A stretch of 62,406 bases of DNA, the filler included, from Basidiobolus meristosporus CBS 931.73 (Eukaryota; Fungi; Basidiobolomycota), in assembly GCA_002104905.1 (NCBI GenBank). It is 3 parts of 3 records of this genome, joined end to end, with 100 filler letters (N's around TTAATTAATTAA, not from the genome) between each part and the next. Parts side by side here need not be neighbours in the genome. Positions count along the whole stretch, not along the records: positions 1 to 19,620 come from MCFE01001029.1; 2 more parts are not named here. One strand, given 5' to 3'. Positions 10,550 to 19,720 of this stretch are shown here, piece by piece (position 1 is the stretch's first letter; each line of letters starts with the position of its first letter). The notes under the pieces are model-generated. The model was not told where the DNA came from and searched no databases. It saw only the letters and a list, made by a program, of their open reading frames with translations. Both the position numbers and the translations under genes were made by a program.

Positions 10550-12261
10550 TTATTTCCTTTGTAGTAATCTCTTCAGGCTCCAAAAGTATCTGCTTGTAAA
10601 GTGGTCAGCAACTAGCTTTGGAACCAACAGCTCGCCCAATGTGAGGATGTTATAGCTGGTCAAACTAGGAAAATCTCCAATGAGGCCTATTGGAAGAAAA
10701 CCCTTAACGAAATGGTAGCAGCGGAGCCATAGTGGGACACCATCTCCGAGGTCCAGGTTCGCTACGTATAGAATGGATGAATATCGAGTAGGTTGGATGT
10801 CCGGGTTGCTTCCGTCAGTAAACAAGCGCAACGGCTGGCCGATATGAGCGTAATTCATCAGCGTCGAAGAGCTAAAGAACCGCAGCGTATCTAGATCGTC
10901 GTTGCCTGGTGGTATGCGCGTGACGATATCCGCATCGTTGACCACCCTCCAGAGAGTAGAGTGGTTGGAATAGGGGAGGTTCGAGTAGGAAGCAAACTCA
11001 CTGGCGAAGCGGCCATCACCTGTTTGCGCGGTTTCTATTAGCACATCACTCGTGGGTATGTTAACCGAAGTATTACCTAATGCTGGACATCCGTACGTAT
11101 AGCCGTCTTGTAGAACCAATCCGGTTGTTGCATAACCAAGATCGCCTATGCTCTTTATGAGTCTCGCATAAAACAAGCTCGCCAAAGCCCCTCCAAGAGA
11201 GTGGCCAGTGATCCAAAGGGGAATCGGCCTGATAGGCTCGCCTTCGGTCTGAAACTCCAATGCCTCGCGCTGTATGCAGTGCAGGATCTCCACATAAGGA
11301 TTGGACCGCTTCACCTTTCCCACACAGTTTTGTTGGGGGAAGAGCTTATTGAAGAAGCCTGAATGAACTTCGCCATAAACATAAGAGCTGGCTTCGGTAC
11401 GTGTGATGGTTGCATCGCTTAGCCACTCGGCTGAGTCAAAGGGGCTGGTCCCTGAGGTGGATGCTGAGATTTCAGAGATACCAACTCAACTACTTGACTG
11501 AGGTAGTGACGTACCTTTGAAAGCGACAACTATGAACGGCCCAGGTCTCCGTCCAACAAACACGCCGCAATAAGGCCCGCCTCCTTTGACCTTCATTTCA
11601 CTCGCCTTGACAAACTTCAGATTCCACTCTCTGGCATATTTCAAGATGGTCAATTCTCGCTGGTTGGGGTCCTTTGGCCAAGAGCTTTCGTCTCTCTCGT
11701 ATACAAGGGCAGACAATAGGAGGGACCCCATAGCGACGTGTGGGTCGAATACGTTGGCTTGGATCTCTGCCGAGCCACCTAGTGTGCTGAAAGACCTGCT
11801 CTCCTTCCTTGTAACTTTACTGAAAGAAAGAGAAGCCGCTTTCATAAAGCTGGTCCCTTCGTCAAATATTTCGGATTTTGCCTTTCGAAAGAGAAAGCTT
11901 CATGGTTAACAGACGAGTGATTTCACCTGAGGAATAGACTTACCCAGTTCATAGGACTCAGATCCTGGCCACAGCTACCACTAAGATGTTTGATAACTCT
12001 ACGCATACTAAGAATATCCGTAACAACGGTCACCACACTCATGGCACATATGAGGCTAAAGTAGACCGCTATGGTCAAGAAAAAATTGATAGGGTCGTAG
12101 AAAATCATAGTGGAGTTGTAGTATAGTGTCTGAAGGACTGAGGTGAGAGTACTCAAAAGAAATTCGACAAACGTGTAAGAAGAAGTGGCCGCATGATGAG
12201 CAGTTGGGAACTCGGTGCTGGAGAGCGGCTCCTGGTGAATTGAGGTTGCTGGAAGCTTCAT
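10550..12261 (-). CDS. Class 3 lipase (alpha/beta hydrolase) with N-terminal hydrophobic segment, copy 1, about 509 aa
   Basis: Exons 12261-11944, 11881-11515, 11451-11077, 11019-10550 joined by GT-AG introns (62, 63, 57 bp) keep one frame. Motifs IVVAFKGTSPF, VHSGF, WITGHSLGGALA, YTYGCP, WRVVNDADIVTRIPP, YAHIG, DH. Confidence 0.9.
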
Positions 12262-12602
12262 AACGAGTGCTGTGGCCGAGTTAACAATCTCATGCCTTCC
12301 GAGCCTTTATATCTTGCAGGATTGGTGCTAGTCACAAGCGTCGAAAAAGGAAACAATATTGAGAATCTTGGACTCTGCCAACGTCACACTGGGAATCATG
12401 TGAGTATTGTAAATTAAACCACTAAGCCATCCAACCGACTACCTTTAGCTTAATGAATAAGCCATCCAGCCATGGCCACCACTGGATGAGCCATTATTGA
12501 CCTTCCAACTCTGCTGTGATGCGATCATTCCAATATCGCGAAACTTTTCCAAATCACCAAAAACACGACTGGTTGGAACTGCTACATTAAACAAGGGGTG
12601 CC

Positions 12603-12893
12603 ATGACCATGCCACAAAAGAATACACAATGCACCCGCACCCCAGTAGCCATGGTTGCCGAGTCTCCAGTGCTCCTTTCCCCTCCCCCGCTCCCTCCAGC
12701 TACCTTTGCCAGCGATGTGTCAAGGAAAATGGATTACCACGACGATGTGTCAACTGTAGATGCGCAATGGGTTCCCAAGCTGCCTCGCAAATACAAGAAA
12801 AGCCGAGTACGCTATTTCGCCAGCTCGAATCATCAGCCCACAGAAAAGGAAGTGTATAATGGCGAAGAACTTCTTTCCATCAACAATCATTGA
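12603..12893 (+). pseudogene. 3'-truncated paralogue of the 16583-16987 ORF
   Basis: First ~88 aa align with the 134-aa ORF (SPPPLPPATFASDVSRK; DAQWVPK.PRKYKKSRVRYF). It then diverges at the duplication breakpoint and lacks the C-terminal helix. Confidence 0.65.
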
Positions 12894-13319
12894 CTGTTTC
12901 CCAGACCTACGTTATCCTCCACCTTTCCATTTGGTTGTCTAGAGGACAAAATATACTATTGATTCCAACTGCTCATTATACGGAAGGCACTGACTACCCA
13001 GCTGTATGATCTGCTATCAGTTACTATTACCATATTAGATTATCCATCGATATATTTGTTTGAGAGCTGGATATCGGTAGCACAATGCTCTGCAATTACT
13101 AAACTCATTTTCTGGCACCAACTGCACAGCAAGTGAATTCACTCACAGAAGTAGTCAAGAAGGCTCAATCGTCTCCTAGTCAAGAAGGCTGAATCATTTC
13201 CCACCTTCCATTTCTTGATATCCAGGAAACATCAATCAGTACAATATTGAAGCTTGTAGTACTAAATATGTCAACAGGACTTGAGCAAATCCTGTTTGTA
13301 GCCTCACTGAATGAGTTTG

Positions 13320-14360
13320 AAGCACTTTTTCATAAGCTGTTGATGACATTCTGAGTGGTACCTGCTGAGTGTGCGTTGTACACCGACTATAGTGAGTTTA
13401 ATCCTTCTTGAAGCAGATTAAGTGCAGCGACTTCAATATGAGGGCTGACGATACTAGTGTCTGAGAAGCTGGTCATAGTATCAGAGATGGTGGTGGCTGC
13501 CACTATGAATGCTCCTGCGGTGTTCGCTGGTAAGACATTGCATGAATCTTGGGTCTCATTTCCTGCCGCCTTGAGGGCTTGGCTACTCCCACCACCTAGG
13601 GGCATATTTGCCACACTTTTTCTCCGAGAGCTTCTGGTTCTTTACGCCACTCAGTGGATCCCAACAATGATCCCCAAAGTACTCCCACTGCCTGACCCAA
13701 TCAGTATCTTGATTCTGACCAGGCTCACCTTCTCAGCCACACCATAGGTGCTGCCACCGACTGTATCAGCAACATGGGTTCAATGTCCGTTCAGGTCACC
13801 CACCGCTTCTCCGTGGATGGAGCTGATAGGGAAACCCACTCTTCCCCCAAATAGTGTCTGACATTGATACCAGTGTCAATGATGTACACAACCGCTCCGG
13901 CATCCGCAGTGTCAGGGTAGATGCATGGAGCTTCCTGATCTCTGTGAGACTCTTGGCAGTCCCCAGCTGGGCGGATTGTTCTGAGTGCCAGAGATGCTGA
14001 AGATTTGCTCAGCCTCCACGTACTCACTACCCCCCTGGGGCCTTGAAGACATTCACCAGTGTCTCACTGAACACCCCTGCGTAGGCACTGAAGTCGGCAA
14101 ATGATCTCATTCATCAGTGTGTTGTTTCCATTGCAACCACAATTGCACTGATCCAGCTTCATCTTCAATAGTTAATCCACTGGAGTTTTATTAACCAATG
14201 ATATCGACACTCAAGGGGAACTTGATCATTACCCTTTGTTAGGGTCGACGGCACTCTTGAACATATCTGTTGGCAATCTCTGGAGTCTGAGTATCCAAGA
14301 CTGGGGCGCCAAAGATGATTATGACCGAGAGAGCGTTCTAATTTTCCAAATCGCGACCAT
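13320..14360 (-). pseudogene. Pseudogenised copy of the subtilisin gene
   Basis: Collinear with 7694-6451 from ATG (14360) through the intron. Frameshifts; HGTHVAG changed to H*THVAD; GTSMASPHVAG changed to [11 protein letters not shown]; internal deletions. Confidence 0.92.
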
Positions 14361-14525
14361 GTTCGGAATCCTAGCTTTTGCCCCAATGCTGGCCTTTTCA
14401 TGGATTACGACGATTCATGAACGGGTTCTGACAGGTCTTGCTACTGATATGGAAAGCAATTGACTGGCTAATTTTGCAGAAGTGAAGTGTGGTTCGTGTG
14501 TACGAAATAGATGGTCACACAGTAT

Positions 14526-16239
14526 TTATTTCCTTTGCAGTAATCTCTTCAAGCTCCAAAAGTATCTGCTTGTAAAGTGATCAGCAACTAGCTTTGGAAC
14601 CAACAGCTCGCCCAATGTGAGGATGTTGTAGCTGGTCAAACTAGGAAAATCTCCAATGAGGCCTATTGGAAGAAAACTCTTAACGAAATGGTAGCAGCGA
14701 AGCCATAGTGGGACACCATCTCCGAGGTCCAGGTTCGCTACGTATAGAATGGATGAATATCGAGTAGGTTGGATGTCCGGGTTGCTTCCGTCAGTAAACA
14801 AGCGTAACGACTGGCCGATATGAGCGTAATTCATCAGCGTCGACGAGCTAAAGAACCGCAGCGTATCTAGATCGTCGTTGCCTGGTGGTATGCGCGTGAC
14901 GATATCCGCATCGTTGACCACCCTCCAGAGAGTAGAGTGGTTGGAATAGGGGAGGTTCGAGTAGGAAGCAAACTCACTGGCGAAGCGGCCATCACCTGTT
15001 TGCGCGGTTTCTATTAGCACATCACTCGTGGGTATGTTAACCGAAGTATTACCTAATGCTGGACATCCGTACGTATAGCCGTCTTGTAGAACCAATCCGG
15101 TTGTTGCATAACCAAGATCGCCTATGCTCTTTATGAGTCTCGCATAAAACAAGCTCGCCAAAGCCCCTCCAAGAGAGTGGCCGGTGATCCAAAGGGGAAT
15201 CGGCCTGATAGGCTCGCCTTCGGTCTGAAACTCCAATGCCTCGCGCTGTATGCAGTGCAAGATCTCCACATAAGGATTGGACCGCTTCACCTTTCCTACA
15301 CAGTTTTGTTGGGGGAAGAGCTTATTGAAGAAGCCTGAATGGACTTCGCCATAAACATAAGAGCTGGCTTCGGTACGTGTGATGGTTGCATCGCTTAGCC
15401 ACTCGGCTGAGTCAAAGGGGCTGGTCCCTGAGGTGGATGCTGAGATTTCAGAGATACCAACTCAACTACTTGACTGAGGTAGTGACGTACCTTTGAAAGC
15501 GACAACTATGAACGGCCCAGGTCTCCGTCCAACAAACACACCACAATAAGGCCCGCCTCCTTTGACCTTCATTTCACTCGCCTTGACAAACTTCAGATTC
15601 CACTCTCTGGCATATTTCAAGATGGTCAATTCTCGCTGGTTGGGGTCCTTTGGCCAAGAGCTTTCGTCTCTCTCGTATACAAGGGCAGACAATAGGAGGG
15701 ACCCCATAGCGACGTGTGGGTCGAATACGTTGGCTTGGATCTCTGCCGAGCCACCTAGTGTGCTGAAAGACCTGCTCTCCTTCCTTGTAACTTTACTGAA
15801 AGAAAGGGAGGCCGATTTCATAAAGCTGGTCCCTTCGTCAAACATTTCTGGGTTTGCCTTTCGAAAAAGAAAACGACACAGTTAACAGACAGGAGTGATT
15901 TCACCTGAGGAATAGACTTACCCAGTGCACAGGACTCATGCCCTGGCCATAGTTATCACTTAGGTACTTGATAACTTTGCCCTTGCTAAGAATATCCGTA
16001 ACAATGGTCACCACACTCATGGCACATATGAGGCTAAAGTAGACCGCTATGGTCAAGAAAAAATTGATAGGGTCGTAGAAAATCATAGTGTAATTGTAGT
16101 ATAGTGTCTGAATGGCCGAGATGAGAGTACTCAAAAGAAATTCGGCAAATGTGTAAGGAGAAGTGGCCGCATGATGAGCAGTTGGGAACTCGGTGCTGGA
16201 GAGCGGCTCCTGGTGAATTGAGGTTGCTGGAAGCTTCAT
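14526..16239 (-). CDS. Class 3 lipase, copy 2
   Basis: Same four-exon structure as copy 1 with the frame intact; GHSLGG nucleophile motif; probable 57-bp intron at 15052-14996. Confidence 0.9.
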
Positions 16240-16582
16240 AACGAGTGCTGTGGCCGAGTTAACAATCTCATGACTTCCGAGCCTTTATATCTTGCAGGAT
16301 TGGTGCTAGTCACAAGCGTCGAAAAAGGAAACAATATTGAGAATCTTGGACTCTGCCAACGTCACTCTGGGAATCATGTGAATATTGCAAATTTAACCAT
16401 CAAGTCATCCAACCACGAGTACCACTAGTTAAACCATTAAGCCATCCAGCCATGGCCACCACTGGATGAGCCATTATTGACCTTCCAACTCTGCTGTGAT
16501 GCGATCATTCCAATATCGCGAAACTTTTCCAAATCACCAAAAACACGACTGATTGGGACTGTTACATTAAACAAGGGGGGCC

Positions 16583-16987
16583 ATGATCATGCCATATAAA
16601 AATGCACAACGCGCCCGGACTCCAGTAGCCATGGTTGCCGAGTCTCCAGTGATCCTTTCCCCTCCCCCGCTCCCTCCAGCTACCTTCGCCAGCGATGTGT
16701 CAAGAAAAAGGTGTTACGATAACGATACGTCAACTGTAGACGCGCAATGGGTTCCCAAGGTGCCTCGTAAATACAAGAAAAGCCGAGTACGCTATTTCGC
16801 CAATTCGAATCATCACTCAACAGAAGAAAAAGTGTACGAGGAAGCAGAACCTCTTCAAAAGCTTCAAATAACCACCAAAGCAGCCGCCCCTGTAAATACA
16901 ACCAAGCTAAATAGATCGAGCTGCTATCATGAAATCAACAGCTTATTAGCCGCCTTACATCGGGATAGGTTGGAACGTAGTCGTTAG
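16583..16987 (+). CDS. Hypothetical 134-aa protein with basic NLS-like patches and C-terminal YHEINSLLAALHRDRL helix (FAM104/VCF-like?)
   Basis: Open ORF divergent from lipase copy 2; the diverged paralogue keeps the frame over ~88 aa. The family assignment is motif recall only. Confidence 0.7.
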   Translation: MIMPYKNAQRARTPVAMVAESPVILSPPPLPPATFASDVSRKRCYDNDTSTVDAQWVPKVPRKYKKSRVRYFANSNHHSTEEKVYEEAEPLQKLQITTKAAAPVNTTKLNRSSCYHEINSLLAALHRDRLERSR

Positions 16988-17277
16988 TGTAGTGTCCTTG
17001 TAATATATTTGTAGAATAATATGTATGTTCCATTTTATATGGTTTTTATGATAATTTTGGTTGGGGTTGGGTGTTGAATATAATCCCAAAATAAACTGGC
17101 ATTCGCGTTGTCGAACTCGTTTTATTACTTTGAACTCAAGAGTGTTTGAGCAACAGGAATTCCAACAGGTTTCATTAACATGCCTGAAAGCCGGTCACTT
17201 CCTTTGAGTGTCGTTAGCTCAAGCAACGATCGACAGCGCTGCACGAATGCAGCGTGGACAGTAAGGAATTGAATCCT

Positions 17278-17527
17278 CTAATTGGTGGGAGCAGGGTTCA
17301 TCTTTCTGCGACCGAGATCGGTGGTGTTTACAAAGCGACGATTGTATTGCTCTCTCTTCTTTGCTCTGCCAGTCGACTCCTTGGCCTTGTCCTGCTTTTC
17401 TACCTTCGGGGTTTGAGACTTAACTTTGCCAGCGCGCGCCAAAGAACCGTGTACTTTGCCCTGGAAAACGAGATTAGAGTTGTGGTTCGGTTAGATGAAG
17501 CGCAAGGAAGGGTAGGAAACTTACCAT
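17278..17527 (-). CDS. RPS30: 40S ribosomal protein S30 (eS30), 61 aa, 2 exons
   Basis: ATG 17527-17525; intron GTAAGT..TTCCAG 17524-17461; exon 2 17460-17278 gives [61 protein letters not shown]. Absent from the ORF track. Confidence 0.96.
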
Positions 17528-17720
17528 AGTTGAGTAAAATGAATCGCTGGTCGTTGACCAGAATCCGTGTATATATTGGAAATTGGGAGTCGCAGCTTAG
17601 AAAAATGGCAATTTCGATTGCGGAATTGACAATGGCCAATCGTTTTGATCAAGTGCTTCTATTCTAAATATATCCGACTTTCACTATCTACCGCCCACGC
17701 TACCTGGATACCAACTGAGG

Positions 17721-17770
17721 CCTAACCCTATGGTTACCATCCCTAACCCTAACCCTAACCCTAACCCTAA
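17721..17770. promoter_or_regulatory. Interstitial telomere-type repeat (CCCTAA)5 plus a degenerate unit, in the RPS30/kinesin divergent intergenic region
   Basis: Five perfect CCCTAA units at 17741-17770 and CCTAACCCTA at 17721-17730, about 215 bp upstream of the RPS30 ATG. The repeat is certain; the regulatory role is inferred. Confidence 0.6.
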
Positions 17771-18212
17771 TCACAGTCCCAATGTGTAGATATGTGGATC
17801 AGCAATCAACAAAGCCCCCTTCATGTAGGTCGATTAGTGTAGGCTGCAGGGATCAACTGTAGATTGTAGTGCATTTGTCATATGTGTTGAAGGTTTTCGT
17901 GAAGTTAGGCAATTCCCCTCCTATCAATGTCATATATTCACCACCGGTGTCTGCTGATATGACTCCCTCGACCCCTTACGCTATCCAAAAACCTGCTTAG
18001 CCCCCTCTTTCATCGGTTATCCACTTGAACCGTCAAACCATCACAGATCCATTAGAGACTCATACTATTTCTCACTTGTCTGGATAGACGTTCCGTCTTT
18101 GTCGAAAAGATCGACAAGGGTTATCGCCAATCATAACACTTCCCCCATGTTCCTAATCCCATAGCGTTAGACTACGTCCAAATCTAAAGATAAACCCTAG
18201 TTTTTGAAAATC

Positions 18213-19620
18213 ATGAGTAACAACATCAAGGTGGTGGTGCGCTGTCGTCCTCTTAATGCTAGAGGTGCCTTTCCCAACTACCACATTACCTCGTCCCCGA
18301 TACAGCCACTAATGCATTTATCCCAATAGAGAAAACCAGGGGGGCGACTTGTCTCATTCAAATGAAGGACAATCAAACCATCATTACCAAGCCTGACGAC
18401 CAAACCACCAAGTCCTTCGCTTTTGACAAATCCTATTGGTCAGCCAACAAGGAAGACGACAATTACGCTTCACAAAGGGTACTGTACAACGATCTGGGTG
18501 AAGAGCTACTAAACCATGCTTTCGAAGGATACAACACGTGTATTTTCGCATGTAAGTCCTCCCTCGACGTTTTCCCCATGGCAAGAGTCCGCCCAAGCGA
18601 GCCATAGCTTAATGAAACACGTATTGACTCAGCGTCCCTTTTCCATTCCTCTAGATGGCCAAACGGGCTCCGGAAAATCATATTCCATGGTTTGTTGCCA
18701 GCTTTGATTTGTTTGAGGTGCGGGGCAGCGACTAAGTTAACCTTGTAGATGGGCTATGGTGAGGACAAAGGCATTATCCCACTGACTTGCAACGAGCTGT
18801 TCAACCGGATCAATGCCAACAACGAACCTAACCTGAAGATCAACGTGCAGGTCTCCTACATGGAGATTTACTGCGAGAGAGTCCGGGATCTGTTGAATCC
18901 CAAGGCCAAAGGAAACATGAAGGTCCGCGAGCATCCTAGCATGGGGCCTTATGTCGAGGACCTATCCAAGCTGATGGTCACCTCCTTTGCAGATATCGAG
19001 GCTCTGATGGACGCTGGTAACAAGGTCACCCATAGCTCCAAGTAGAATCACCCCCACAGCATGTCGTTTAATCTTTTGACAACGCAACAGTCTCGTACAG
19101 TGGCCGCAACCAACATGAACGAAACGTCCAGCCGGTCCCACGCGGTGTTCACGCTGATCCTCACTCAGGTCAGGAGCGACGCGGAGACCAAAATGTCGAC
19201 GGAAAAAGTCTCCAAAATCAGGTAAGCCAGCCCCAGTTGCTTACCACCCTTGTAGCCAAGCTTCTAAGCTCGTGTTGCTGGCATGGCTAGTCTGGTAGAT
19301 CTTGCTGGTAGCGAGCGAGCCGACTCCACCGGGGCCACGGGAACCCGGCTGAAAGAAGGGGCCAACATCAATAAATCGCTCACCACCCTCGGCAAAGTAA
19401 TCTCAGCGTTGGCTGAACAATCCACCAAGCGCGGCAAAAAGAAGGACGAGTTTGTGCCGTACAGAGATTCGGTAATTACTGCCTAGCCCATAGCAACCAC
19501 ACACCTGTCCATTCTAACCTGCCGGGAGTAGATATTGACATGGCTGCTCAAAGACTCCCTTGGTGGGAACTCAAAGACTGCCATGATCGCAGCCATCTCC
19601 CCCGCCGATTACGACGAAAC
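18213..19620 (+). CDS. Kinesin-3 (Unc-104/KIF1-like) motor domain, 5' part, truncated at contig end
   Basis: Exons 18213-18264, 18330-18551, 18655-18689, 18749-19024, 19091-19221, 19291-19471, 19532-19620. Motifs [29 protein letters not shown] (P-loop), [47 protein letters not shown]. Confidence 0.95.
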
Positions 19621-19720
19621 NNNNNNNNNNNNNNNNNNNNNNNNNNNNNNNNNNNNNNNNNNNNTTAATTAATTAANNNNNNNNNNNNNNNNNNNNNNNN
19701 NNNNNNNNNNNNNNNNNNNN
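19621..19720. other. Artificial contig spacer (N44-TTAATTAATTAA-N44)
   Basis: Exactly 100 nt carrying a six-frame stop linker; identical to 48590-48689. Confidence 0.97.

Larger units (their letters stand above)
10468..16850. repeat. Local segmental duplication: about 10468-12860 repeated at about 14441-16850 (period about 3976 bp)
   Basis: Lipase gene, upstream region and the 5' part of the divergent ORF are present twice; shared anchor CTACTGATATGGAAAGCAATTGACTGGCTAATTTT near 10470 and 14442. Right-hand boundaries are approximate. Confidence 0.92.

Noticed and set aside
17254-17639. ORF-track entries 17254-17529 (+) and 17400-17639 (-)
   Set aside because: Shadow frames of the spliced RPS30 gene.
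17741-17770. True telomere or chromosome end
   Set aside because: Only five units, with genes on both sides.
19665-19676. TTAATTAATTAA as a biological motif (e.g. piggyBac TTAA or a PacI site)
   Set aside because: Symmetrically embedded in N runs twice; it is a scaffolding linker.
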